Positions 22,090 through 34,541 of a stretch of 64,000 bases of DNA are shown piece after piece (position 1 is the first letter of the stretch; each line of letters starts with the position of its first letter). A program made the position numbers and the translations under genes. Below the pieces are notes generated by a model, which saw only the letters and a list, made by a program, of their open reading frames with translations, was not told the origin of the DNA and ran no database searches. Source of the stretch: Camelus dromedarius (taxonomy: Eukaryota); assembly GCF_036321535.1 (NCBI RefSeq), contig NC_087436.1, positions 120,282,001 through 120,346,000 of the forward strand. The letters are read 5' to 3'.

Positions 22090-24790
22090 ATTCAAACTTA
22101 ATTGAAGTTTATTTTGACAAATGTACACACTCATGTAACCAACACCACAGTCACGATACAGGACATTCTGTCCACAGCAAGAAGTCTGCTGGGACCGTTC
22201 ACAATCATGCCCTGCCCCCAAAACTGGCCCCAGGCAGCCATGGTCAGCATTCTATCCCAGGGATCAGACTTGATATTCTGGAACTGCATAGGAAAGGAAC
22301 CACACAGAACGTGGTCTTTGATGTCTTGTTTGTGTCATGGTTTTGAGATTCACTCACGTGGCTGCATGCATTCTTTCTGATTATCAAGGCGGGTTGGTTC
22401 CTTAGCACAGGTGGGCCACAGCATGCGTTCCATTCACATTGAAGGACATTTGAGTTCTTTCCAGTTTGGGGCTATGACAAAGGAAGCTGCTAAGAATGGC
22501 TGTTGACAAGTCCATGTGGTCATGTGCTTTTGTCTTCTGGGTAAATTCCTAGGAGCGGAATTGCTGGGCCATATGTTAACTATGTGTCTAGCTTTACAAG
22601 AAACTGCCAAACTGCTTCTGTAGAGGCTGTACCACTCTGCCTTCCCACCAGCGTTGTGTGCACATCTGCTTCGCAACCTCATCAGCACCTGACATCATCC
22701 ATCTTCTCAGTATTCGTCATTCCAAAGGATGTTTGATGGTATTCACTGTGTTTCAGTTTGCAGCCTCCTGATGAGTAGTGATTCTAATTTAATCATTGTT
22801 CCATGTGTTTACTAGTCATTCGTATATATTTTTGCGGAGCAGCTGTTAAACTCTTGCCCATTTTTAAGAGTTTTTTTTTGTCTTCTTGTGATTGAGTTGT
22901 AGAAATTCTTGATATGGTATAGATACTAGTCCTTCATCAGATATATATTATCCCCTAGTTGATGGCTTGCTTTTGCAATTTCTTGATATCTTTTGACATT
23001 ATTTTTCTTCAATTTGCAAAAATTCTTTGACTTTACTGTAGTGTAGGTCTGCAGGCAAAAAATTCTCTTAGCGTTCGTGGTCTACCAAAGTATTTTGCCT
23101 TCCTTTTGTGTGTGTGTGACAGCTCTGTTGACATTATTTTAGTCACATGCTCTGTAACATTCACGTACCATTCAATGTGTACAATTCAATGGTTGTATAT
23201 GTTGGTGCATTCAGAGTTATGAATACACAATCAATTTGGGGATATTCTTCATCACCCTAAAAAGAAATGCTACATCCTTTAGTCTTGTCTTCATTGCTGA
23301 AAGGCGCTTTTGTTGTGGGGGGCTGCGGCACAGAATCGTTTGATCAATTTTTCCCTTCAGCTCTTTGCAGATGCTGTTCTGTAGTCTTCTGGTATGCACA
23401 GTTTCAGAGAAGTCTGCAGTCATTCTTCTGATCCACTGTACCTACTGGGTTTTTTCCCCTCTTGCTGCTTTTAAGATTTTCTTCTTATTACTGTTTCTCA
23501 GAAGTTGGATTATGATGGACTTGGTAGCTTTCTACTGTGTTTATTCTGCCTGGGGTTCATTGAGATTCTTGATTCCATGAGTTTGTAGTTTTCATCAAAA
23601 GTGGACATTTTCTAGCCATGACTTCTTCATATATTTGCAGTCTTCTTCCATCCCGTTGGCCTCCCCATCCCAACCTAGACAGATGGATAGATAGAAAGAT
23701 CTATATCCACAGATCACTGAGTCCCTTTTCATATTTTTCAGACTTTTTACCTGTCTTTGCTTTAATTTGAATAGTTTCTATTGTTATGTCTTCAAGTTCA
23801 CCCAAACGTTCCTCTGCAATACCTAATCTACCACTCATTCCTTTCAGGGAATTTTCCATTTCAGAAATTTCAATTTCCATTTATAGGGTTTCCATCTGGC
23901 TTCTTTTAGATCGTCCATGACGTTCCTACACACATTCACATTTTCCTTTCAGGTCGTAAACGTATTTACGCCGGCTGTTTTCAAGTCGTCATCTGTTGGT
24001 TCCACCGCTGATCTTATTTCTGGGCCTGTTGCTACTGGCTGGGTTTCCTTCTGGCCCTGGGTCACATCTTCCAGCTTCATCTTATGGCCACTCGCATCTG
24101 GCGGGTGTTGGACATGGTCAAGTTCATGCTGTCGGGGGCTACCTGCAAAGAGTGTTGGGGTTTGCTTTGGCAGACAACTCATTTGCAGATCAGCGTGGCC
24201 TTTTTGAGATTTGTTCTTGTACTTTGAGCAGGTTTACAGCAGCCTTCACTCTAGGGCTATTTCAGTTCCACTAAGAAGGTACGACGCTTTCAGTGTCCTC
24301 ACCGCGTGGCTGGGTGTTCAACAAGGAGTCTCCTCCCGGCCAGGTCAAAAATGTCTCCCCAGCCTGGGAATGTCTAGTTTACAGAAACCTGTTCACTCTT
24401 TGCCCCACCCTGTGAGATTTCCTTTCTGTCTACGTGGTTTCATATTTAGTCCAAGATGCAAAGGCACCTCTGCATAGCCTTCTGGATTTCTTTTTCTGTG
24501 GAGCTCTCTTCCTGCTGATAGGCTGCCTTTGTCTCTCAGATTCCTGTCTCCTAACTCAGGGAGGATTCCAAGCTCTACTTGGATCCCCTCCTTGTCCTAT
24601 GTCAAGAAACAGCTTCCAGGCAGAAAGCCAGGCAGTCACAGGGGTCACTAAATTTGTCTCCCTTCTGTGAGTCCTGAGCCTCCTGCACCCCAACATCCCA
24701 GAACAGTAATTTTGTATATTTTGTCCAGTTTTCTAGTTGTTTATAGTGGGTAGATAAGCCCAGCCCCTGTTACTCCAGTGTGACAGAGCT
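22090..24790 (-). mobile_element. Cluster of old L1 (L1M) fragments
   Basis: AT-rich block with reverse L1 3' UTR/ORF2 text (gggtaaattcctaggagcggaattgctgggccatatg; ttgagttgtagaaattctt) and more 5' L1-like pieces further right. Confidence 0.8.
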
Positions 24791-25641
24791 GTCTGCTCTT
24801 ATTTTAAAATGGCAGATTACCATCTTCCAAACCCACTGTGATCATGTCAACCCTCGTCTCTAAGCTATGGGCACAGAAATCAAACATTCAGATCACCGTT
24901 GGGGGAACTGGGACCCAAGCACACCACAAAAACATATGGTGACTCTTTCGCTAGGAACATTCCTTGTCATTGTCCCTGCCTCTCTCAGCAGCCCCCTGAC
25001 AAATCCTTCCACTTCTGTCTCAGGCACATGCCGTAACTACAGAAAACAGCTTGGGGAACAACACTCAAAGCGTCCCCTTTCAGCTGGGTGTGGTGAATCG
25101 GAGAGAACAGGCAGAAAACAAACTCTGGGGTTTGTCATTCTTTGTTTTCTAGCAATGGAATGTTTTTTCTGGGAGTGATGTGTCTGGTGGGGCTGTGGGG
25201 GGAGGAGGGAGGATGCCCCCGCGGGAAGGCTGCCTGCTGACCTCCCTCTGAGCACCCAGAGGTGTAGGGCAGAGAGGGGAGCCGGGTGTAGCCCTGCTGC
25301 CGAGGGCTAGGACTTCAGTCCGTCTCCAGCCATTATTCACTATACACCTGCCAGGTACCAGGCACCGGAGAGGAATCAGACCCAGGCCCTGCCTGCATGG
25401 CGTTAGCATCAAGTGGCTCCAGGACACGCTGCCAGAGAAGGTTGTGGAGCCCAGGATGCAGCGGGGCTGTGAGGAGAAGGGGTGGGGCGGCTCTGGGGGT
25501 GGGGGGGGCAGCTCATGCCTCACTGTAGTCTGTCCAGATGCTGCACCCTGTGGGATCTGGACTGATGCAGTTCCCAGTCACCAGTGCCAGCCCAGGGCCT
25601 GGCCTTGCAGGCACTTAGGAAAGCTTGGATGAGTGAATGCA

Positions 25642-25850
25642 TGAAGGAAGGAGAGAAGGAAGGAAGGTAGAAAGGGAGGGAGGTAGGAGGGGAAGGAGGA
25701 AGGCGGGAGGGGGGAAGGGAGGGGGGAGGGAGGAAGGGAAGGGGAGGGGGAGGGAGGAAGGGAAGGGGAGGGGGAGGAGGAGGGGGAGGAGGAGGGGGAG
25801 GGGGAAGGAGGAAGGAGGATGGAGGAGGGGAAGAAGGAGAGTGGGGAGGA
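25642..25850. repeat. Polypurine (GGA/GGGA) low-complexity tract
   Basis: About 200 bp almost purely G/A on the plus strand, ending about 25 bp from the exon 3 donor. Confidence 0.92.
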
Positions 25851-25876
25851 CAGAGTGGCTGCCCACCCTCGCTCAC

Positions 25877-26060
25877 CGGCAGGTAGCGCACACGAAGCAG
25901 TCGGGGTGGTAGGTCCTGCCCAGCGCAGACACCACCTCACCCTCGATGAACTGGTCGCAGCTGAAGCAGCGGGTCCCGTACAGCGTCTGGTAGTCCCGTG
26001 TGCAGATGTACTCGCCCTGCCGCACGAAGAAGCCGCCCTCGGCCAGGTCGCAGCCGCACG
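25877..26060 (-). CDS. ABLIM2: ABLIM2 coding exon 3, 184 bp, end of LIM1 and most of LIM2
   Basis: Translates (A)CGCDLAEGGFFVRQGEYICTRDYQTLYGTRCFSCDQFIEGEVVSALGRTYHPDCFVCATC(R). Acceptor ccccag|CG, donor CCG|gtgag, phase 1-2. Confidence 0.97.
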
Positions 26061-28894
26061 CTGGGGAGAGCACGCGTGGGGCCATGTTAGCAGGGGTGAC
26101 CAGCTCCCCCCACGGGCCCCAGGTGGACCCCCCACATACAGGCTTCCGTTGATTCACTGAACCCCTGGGGGACTGGGCTCCAGGCACAGACTCCAGCTCT
26201 GGCCCCTCAGCCTAGAGTGGAGTGGACTTCCTTATGGAAGCTTCTAGAAAGAGGCAAGACCAGGGATGAGAACTGGGCTGTGCTGAGGGGCCAGCCCAGC
26301 GCCCTCGCCTTCTTACCCCACCAGGGATGAGGCCCCCTCGGCCCCTCCAGGTGGGCTGCTCCCAGCATGGACTATAACAGAGGCAGTTAATACCTGAACG
26401 CCGGGCTCTGCTCTGGGTGGGAAGACCCCATGGGGCGGTGGTCGGCCCCCAGACCACAGCGAGGCTTCCCAACACCCCACTGGTCTCCCACCACGTGGAC
26501 GAGGCCAGACCCCCTGCAAGAGGGAGAGAGGTCGGGCACCACACTGACCCCCAACACACACCTCCTGCCCCAGGGCGGGGCTGAGGGCATTGCTAGGTAG
26601 AGAATGGGGCACCTTCCCTCAGGACAGGCCCCAGGGAACAGGGGAGCCAGGCCCAGGCACCCTGGCTGGTCCCTTTCCTCCCTGATGCCGGTCAGTCCCA
26701 GATCCTCGTGGGTCACAGCCCCCGAGCCAGAGTTTTGAAAAACCATGGAACCCACATATGTCTTTGAATCGACACAAAGTTTCATCAAAACCTTAACTGA
26801 TCGCAGAAGATAGAGTCTGTGTACTGGCATCTTTACGTTTACCGGTCATCTCGTCCCTTTGAGCACCTGCAGTAGATCCTAGATGCAGAATCAAGACCAC
26901 TAACCGCTGTTTATAAAACCCACAGCCAGGCTCTGAGTAAAGTCAGCATCTCACCTTGTCCCCTTTTCTCCCGGAGAAGCCATTTCCATCCCCCTCCCCA
27001 CAGAACTGTGTGCAAATGCAATGTGTTTCAGAGATCGAAGGTGCCCATCGCGGTCTCTGAAACAAAAATCCCACAGTCAACGTGGAAATTGATTTATTCA
27101 CGATTTCTTATGGTCATGAGGCTCCAAATGTTGAATAACTTATTCTGGATGGGGTTGTTACTACAATGACTGGTACAAGGCTATCAAAACAACACACAGG
27201 TTGCACATGTTGGTAAATGATCATCACACGGACACAAGAAGACTTTTCTGCAGTGCAGGTCTCGAGGACATGGATGGGGTGGGCAAGGGGAGTTCCTGGT
27301 GTCTGATCAGGGGAGCCCCAGCTTTGGAGCTGTGCCTGGTTTGGTGTCCTGTGAGTCTGGGGGCGAGAGCAGCCGGGCAGCCTTCCTCCACCACTGGTGC
27401 CTTCTTAGGCTGGTCAGTTTGGGAGAAGCAGCTGTGGAAGTCTGGAAACTGAATCTCCAGAGGGTCTCAGAGTCCTCAGGAGAGGACCGCAGTGGACTCA
27501 GTGCCCCGGGACCCCGAGACCCTCTGGAGATTCAGTTTCCAGACTCCTTTCAGCCCATACACCTATTAGCGCACAGGACCCGCCGTCCCACCAGCGATCT
27601 GGGGACTCCGAGTGGCCCTGCCAGGTAGACCCACTCTGCTCGCTCCCATCCCCACACAGAGAGAGAGGACAGGCTGCTCCTTGGTGTCCCTGTCCCCTCG
27701 CCTGGGCCACAGGGCTGCGATGCCACTCCCCAGTTACAAAGTCCAGAGTGGATGGAAATCCTTCATTCCGTGTCTCCAAGGAGCTGTTAGCTCTTCGGAC
27801 AAGGCCGAAAGCTGAGCAGCCGAGGGCCCAGATGGGGGGCTGCCTGCACGGGACGCAGACTCGCCCCCACGCCCTGTGCTGTGCACCCCTCAGCACGTCC
27901 CTTCCCTCTCCGGGCCCTGCGTCCCCCTCTGGACACAGGGTGTGAGAACGGCAGCGCAGAGATGTGTCCCGTGAGCTAGCGTGACGTAAGCCTCCAGTTG
28001 TGCGGGCCGCCGCCAGGCCACTGCTGTACTGACGTCAGCCAGCCCGAGAGGCCGGAGGCCGGGGCCCAGTTCTAAGTCCTTCTCCCACCCAGCCTGACAG
28101 TGAAGACCCTTTGTTTAATCTTGCACCACAGCCTAGGCCAAGCAGGTGCGCCCGGCTCGGGAAGAGCAGGCTCTCAGGGGCTTCTGCAGGACAATGGCTG
28201 CCTTTCTCTGTAAGCGCCGCCTGGAACACTGGGCCCTGAGTGAGGGGCTGCCTCAGGCTCACGCTTGGCCCTGGCATTTGTCTAACCCTCTAATCTTCTT
28301 AGAGATTTGACAACATTGACTGCTCCTCGAAGGAGAAAAACATGGAGATGGACCTAGTGCCCCAGGAAACGTGAGCCTCCGTCACAGAGGCACCAGGAGG
28401 CAGAGTAAGAACAGCCTTCCTGCCCCACAGGCCGGGCCCCGGCCGGCGCCATGTGCTCTGAGTCATCTCTGCTACTGACCAGCCTGTAGCCGCCCCGGGT
28501 GTGCCGAGACCAGGGCCAGACGGTAAACCAGACCTCCGCCTGCCAAAAAGAGTCCAAATTCTTTAGTGATTTTTAAAGTCCTAATCAAGACAATATACTG
28601 TTATTACATTCTATTTGCCTATCAAAGAGACCCGTGAAGGCACAGAAGCAGCTGTGGTGACCCCAGTGGCCCCCCTTTGGCCATCGTTATGATCATTTCT
28701 GAGAAACGGTTGGGAGGGGGTGGGCAGTGGCGGGAAGACAGTCAGTCCCACTGTCTGGAATACCATTTGGCCCCAGTCAAAGGAATGTGAAAACGGCTCC
28801 GACCCTTGGGCCCAGCCATCTCTCTCTGAGGCTCTACCCCAAGGAAGTGGCCGTGACCATCCACAGAAGCTTACTTGCACAATAACATAGGAAA

Positions 28895-29070
28895 TAAACG
28901 CTGGGCCTTAGAGACATGCACCCTGGGTGTGAATCCTCACTCTTGCTGCTTCCCAGCTGTGTGACCTGGGGCAAGTTACTTAACCTCTCTGAACCTCAGA
29001 GTCCTCATTTGTAATATAGGGTTAGCCACACTGATCGTGTCACAAGAAATCAGTGAGATGAGGTACAGGA
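28895..29070 (+). mobile_element. MIR SINE
   Basis: cagctgtgtgacctggggcaagttacttaacctctctgaacctcagagtcctcatttgtaa. Confidence 0.8.
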
Positions 29071-30287
29071 TACTGATTAATACTGATTAGCCCAGAGCCG
29101 AGCTGGAATCGATGTAAACGTTTATCAGCAGGGGAGTGGCTATGTTTACTGCGGGCCAGGCATCTGAAAGGATTTGGATAGATACTGAAATTGATGTTGA
29201 AGACCCTCTGATGGGGAAAGGGCTTACACAGTCCCTTCAAGTGACTCAGTCAGGACACAAAATGCATGCATACAGCATAATTTCAAAGTAAAAAGCCTCT
29301 TACGAAGGAAAAGACCGGGAGGCTCTCTAGCCAAACACGGACAGCACCTCCCTTGGGGTGGTCAGCTGAGGGATGGTCTCCACGCCCTCCCTGCATGTTT
29401 CCGTCCTGGTGTCGAGGAAGAAGAGATTAGGCAGCGTGGTCACTGCCAGCCCAGGTCCTAGCCTAATATTTGCCTGGGATTCTCCATCTATAAATAACAG
29501 CCCTACGTCATCGGAGATTCCTTCCTGCCGCGACTTCCCACAATTCTGCCACGTGAGCCCGGTTCCTGGCGCGCCCTGCGTGGTCGGGCTGGGCAGAGCC
29601 TGTGTCTTGGCCGGGGGACGGGACACCCCTGTCTGGAGCTTTCCTTTGGTCCTGGAAGCCCTTGGTCAGTTTCTCATGAGTGCCCCGGGAGCGCAGGTGT
29701 TTTGCCCCACTCCCTTGTAACCCCCCGTTGCCCAGACCAGCTCTAGGCATGGCTATTCATGGTCCCCAGATGGATGTGTCCTTGGGGACAAATCCACCCA
29801 CTGTTACCAAGCTACAGGCAGTCCTGGCGGCCTCTCCCCTGCTGCACACACACACACACATGACCTCTCCCCTACCACACACACATGTGCGTGCGCACGC
29901 GCTTCCCTCCCCCTCTTTCCGCCCCTCTTTCCATGACTGTGAACATGCTCAGCCTCGCTGCCACGTGGATCAGAAAATGCCTGCTTTCTCCAGGTCACAC
30001 GTGATTGTGGCCTCATCTTTTCATCATTTTCAGAGTCAGGGCTATGAAAGGTGTCAGTTGGAAACCAATGTTCTTAAGGCACAGAACGCGGCCACATGTA
30101 AAAGGTCAAGAGGGCCAGATTTGTTTTCCTGGGCAAATTTCAAGTTGTTTATAATAATGGTGACAGCTTTCATTTTTTTCTTGAGGACCTACTATGTGCG
30201 GGGTGTCTGACGTATTTATATCTTACACGCATTCCCCTTTGTGGTGTGAAGGTAGAGCTGGCGGGACTTCAAGACAACCCAGGAACA

Positions 30288-30548
30288 ACAAGTTCATACT
30301 GTACAGCACAGGGCACTATATTCAGTATCTTATGTAGTAACTTATGGTGAGAAAGAGTATGAAAACGAACACATGGTCGTTCACGTATGACTGAAGCACG
30401 GTGCTGTGCACCAGAAGTTGACACAACGTTGCAAACTGACTGTACTTCAATAAAATATATATACACAAAAAAGTTAATGCAAGCTCATTGCAAAAAAATT
30501 TAAAAATACGTGTGGAATAAAATAAAATGACCCTTCATTCCAAAAAAA
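30288..30548 (+). mobile_element. 5'-truncated younger L1 3' end (cetartiodactyl/camelid type) with extended tail and TSD
   Basis: tactgtacagcacagggcactatattcagtatct...gcaaactgactgtacttcaataaaa. TSD aagacaacccaggaaca (30271-30287) / aagacagtccaggaaca (30549-30565). Confidence 0.85.
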
Positions 30549-30569
30549 AAGACAGTCCAGGAACAGACC

Positions 30570-31180
30570 CTCACACTCTTGTCCAGGCCGCCATCGTCCT
30601 GGCCACGGCTCCGAGCCCCTCTCCCCACCCTGCCTGGGCCTCCCCGCAGCAGCACAGCACGCAGGGGTCCATGAGACTACAACAGACAGGACTCTCCTGT
30701 GTCCCTTCTCCCTTGGTGTCAGAGTCCAGATCCTCACAGGGACCCCCCTCCCAATGCCCCCCCTATTCTGCTCTAGACACACGGACCTCCTACTGTCCCA
30801 GAACCTGCCAGGCACACTTCCCTGCTTCAGTGTCACTGCACTGGCTGTTCTCTCTGGCTGTGACGCTCTTCCCTCACCTCCTTCAAGTCTTCACCTCCTC
30901 CGTGAAGCCTGCCCTGATTATCTATTTTAAAATCGTGACTGCCCGGCACTCCCAACCCCCTCTTCATCTTGCTCCTTTTCTTCCATTTTCTAGCACATCA
31001 CTGTTAGCAGAGAAGAAAACTTGCTTATTTATTCTCCCTAGTGTTTATCATCTGTCTCCCTGCATGAGAACACGGTCTCCAGGGGGACAAGGATGTCTGT
31101 TTTGTTCACGGATGCCTCCCAAGCACCCAGAACACTGCTTGGCACAGGGTAGGGGCCTAATGTGGCTGTTGAATGGAAAC
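30570..31180 (+). mobile_element. L2 LINE 3' region
   Basis: Ends tgtctgttttgttcac...cccaagcacccagaacactgcttggcacagggtagg...tgttgaatg. Confidence 0.7.
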
Positions 31181-31289
31181 TTACGTGATCTCTTTCATAG
31201 ATTTTCAGGTTAGGTGAATAGAGGCATGGCAAACAAGTGCCTGGATGCGGGAACCCAAAACACCGGATCAGAATTAGACACAACTGTCT

Positions 31290-31855
31290 TCTGTGCTAGC
31301 AGACCCTGCTCTGCTGGACTAGCAACACACGCATCTAGGGACGAACACGGCTGGTGTCAGTCACATCCTCCCATCCCTCTTTGCTGGTAGGAGTGAATGT
31401 GTGACCCCATTCCGACCAGTGAGTCATACAGGAAGTGTGTGGGGGCCTTCAGGGAAAAGGTTCTCCTCCCTGATGGAAGGGAGGTTACCCTGATTACCCA
31501 ACTGGGGTGACCACGTGAGGGGAGGGTCCCTTTGCCTGTGCCCATCCCTGCCCAAACCCTTCCCCAGGGTTGAGTATTAACCTGTGAGGATGCAATGTTT
31601 GGAGCTTTGGCAGCCATATTGAGACCATGAGGAGAGGCACTGTTGACATGCACAAGATGGGGGGGCGGCTGGGGGTACAGTGGCAAAGTAACTTGAGTCT
31701 TCGATGACCTTGTTGAGCTGTTAAATTAACTGGCTCTGGAGGTGAGGAGGCTACCTCCAGACATCATGCTAAGAAGATATATATTCATGTAATTGAACAC
31801 ACTATATGCTGGGTCTTCTTTATCATTCAGCCAAAAGCACCCTCAGTGATTCACA
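31290..31855 (+). mobile_element. Old MaLR (MLT1J/K-like) LTR
   Basis: gtgaggatgcaatgtttggagctttggcagccatattgagaccatgagg...cagccaaaagcacc. Confidence 0.6.
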
Positions 31856-32859
31856 GACTTTCCATTTTTCATGAGAGCCTGGATAAAAGTCAGGCTAAGA
31901 CGACGCAGTCCTCATGCTTTAAGAAATACAGTGTTTCTGAAGCTTAGCTTTCTTTTAGGGAGGAGTCTTAGCTGTCCCTGTCGTCCTTCAGTGGGGGGAG
32001 CAGAGATGCCACCCACTGAGGGCAGGCCCCGCTGTGTCTGCAGGCTGCACCTGGCACAGGGTGAGACTCCACGGCCGCATGGGGGCGGCAGGGTGAGTGG
32101 GGGGACTTGGAACTGAGCCTGCAGGCCCACCGACCCCTGCCACCTCCACCACTACTGCGGCAACCGCCTCGGGCAGCCGCCGAGAACGGAGGGTGAGGCC
32201 CAGGGCTGGTCAGCCCTGCCCACCCCACGCTGTCTCGTTTCCCCACCCAGGCTGCTGAGGAAGCAGTGGCCGCCATCCCACGTCTACTCAGAGGCTGAAG
32301 CTAAGGACGAGGACCATCTGGGCCTCCCGACCTCCACAAAACCCCGTGCGTCAAGCCAGGCGATGGACTGGATTCTGGGCGTCTAATGCCTTTCACTGAG
32401 TTCCTAAGATCTGTGCTGCCAGACAATCCTGTTAAACACAGTGGCGCTTCCACTTTGTCTTTTAAAATCAGGTTTTAAAAAGAGCAGTCTAATGGATTTG
32501 GTTTTTCAGAAACACAGCAAGCGTATCTGTCTGGGGAGGAGAGGAAATGAGACCAGACAGGTCCCGCGAAGCCTGGGAAGCCCTGATGAGCAAAAGAGGG
32601 TCCAGCAGGGCCGAGCGGGGTGTTGGGTCACCTCGCCCCAGGAAAGGTCCCCCAGTGCCGATGCAGACCGGGGGTCCTGGAGCCCCATGTTGGGGCTCCA
32701 CGTCAGGGGTGAGGACGGGGCCAGTGCTCTTGTTTCTGGAAATGCTGAGAACACGCCATTTCCACACCCACCTCCCACCGGGGTCCCAGCAATCCCACCC
32801 CACCCCCACCCCCGGGGTCCCCAGGCCGGGCATCGCAGCGGGCTCATTGTCAGTGCTCG

Positions 32860-33155
32860 TATCTGCTAACCCCAAACTCCTTATTTATCCCTCCCCACCT
32901 CCCCCTTTGGTAACTGTGAGTTTGTTTTCTATGCCTGTGAGTCTGTTTCTGTTTTGTAAGTTCATTTGTGTCATATTTTAGATTCTACTTATAAGTGATA
33001 TCACATGCTATTTGTCTTTCTCTGTCTGACACACTCTACTTAGTATGATTGTCTCTAGGTCCATCCACATGGCTGCAAATGGCATTATTTCATTCTTTTT
33101 CGTGGCTGAGTAATATTCCACTATACATGTACACCACATCTTCCTTATCCATTCT
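32860..33155 (-). mobile_element. Laurasiatherian/cetartiodactyl L1 3' UTR fragment
   Basis: tctaggtccatccacatggctgcaaatggcattatttcattcttttt...; the minus frame gives the L1-like KKNEIMPFAAMWMDLETIILS. Confidence 0.88.
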
Positions 33156-34397
33156 CTCCTCGCCTTTCTTTGTCTGAAATTAGAGCTGACCTCCTCTGTG
33201 ATGCCCTCTCTGGAAGCTCCCACCCTTCCCTGTGGGCCCCTCCCAGCACTTGGTTTCTACCACTAACAGCCGACTTTTCCACCCATGCTGGTAGATTTAT
33301 CTCCTCACCAAACCTCACCAGTCAAAGGTAAATCTACTGCCTCTGTATTCAGTACTTCCCAAAGCTGGGCCTGGCACACAGTGGGGCCTTATGAGACCCT
33401 TTGTGGGCTCAGGGGACTCAGGAAGTTTAATGGGGCCCCACAGGGTTGCTAAAACCTGTGGTGCTCGATTACCTACACGTGGTGTATTTCCCAATTTTGC
33501 CTATAAAAAGCAGACCCTCACTGCCCCTGGGACCCAACCAGACTCGTATGTGAACCTCTGTGATCTCTGAACAGCCAAGTCAAACCCACAGGGAAGCCAC
33601 CTGCGATGACACCGCTCGCTGCCCAGATGTAAGGTGGGTGGGGTTTGTAAGGCCACTAACAGAATTCCTTTAAATCTGCAGCCCTTTGGGTTTGGTTACT
33701 GTGTCACATCGGCTTGGTTTGCCCATCCCGTCCCCTAAGTACTACTTTTCATATATTTTCAGGAAACTAAATGCAAATACACAAAACCCAGCTGTGCACA
33801 AAGGAATCTGAGTGGACTTGAGCCCAGGGAGGACGGGCAGGCTGGGAGGACACTCACAGCCACGGCTGCCCGCAGAGGTGGACTTCACATGATTGATTTT
33901 GTTTTACTTTCTTCTTATCTTTTTAGTATTGTTTGAATTTAGTGTATTATTTACATTACTTTTTATAATCAGAGAAAAAGCCAGTTTTCATTTGGAACGA
34001 ATGGTAATGCTCTTGGTCCTACTCTGGGAGGGCGGGGGCACCCGAGTATTCATGGCCCAGTTTAGGTCCTGTGCACCCCGAGGCGCTGAGTTCATGCCAC
34101 CAGCAAGGCTGGCCTTTAACCGTGTGCCTTTGGGGCCCAGCTGGACTTGAGTCCTCAGACACTGCTGCAGCCTTCGGAGGACACTCCCTGGGACCTTGTC
34201 CTCTGACTTGCCCCACTGGGCGGAGGCCCCCACCACTTCCACAAGGGACGCAGCCACACTGAAAACATCACGCTGTTGTATAAGGCCTTGGGATCTGTTT
34301 TTCCAGCCCCCCAGATCTAAGGCATTTCCAGAGACACTGTGGGGGCCAGATCTCAGCTGGGGGGCAGGCGGGCTGTGGGCGGGGCCGGGGTGCTCAC

Positions 34398-34541
34398 CTT
34401 TGCAGACGAAGCACTGCAGGTGGAAGTACTTGTTCTGCACGCGCAGCACCTCCCCCTTGCACACGTTTCCGCACGTGTTACACAGGATCGCCGTGCTGGG
34501 CGGCTTCTCCAGGGGCCCGTGAGTGGCCTGGGGCTCCGACA
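34398..34541 (-). CDS. ABLIM2: ABLIM2 (actin-binding LIM protein 2) coding exon 2, 144 bp, first half of LIM1
   Basis: Translates (V)SEPQATHGPLEKPPSTAILCNTCGNVCKGEVLRVQNKYFHLQCFVCK, matching the ABLIM2 N-terminus. Acceptor ccctgcag|TG, donor AAAG|gtgag, phase 1-1. Confidence 0.97.

Noticed and set aside
26950..26990. Possible mini-exon ATGGAAATGGCT...ACAAG|GTGAG on the minus strand
   Set aside because: The ATG frame ends in phase 2, which is incompatible with the phase-1 exon 3, and there is no other support.
29336..29348. Second RE1-like site (CACGGACAGCACC)
   Set aside because: Only the right half-site is present; the left TCAGCACC is missing.
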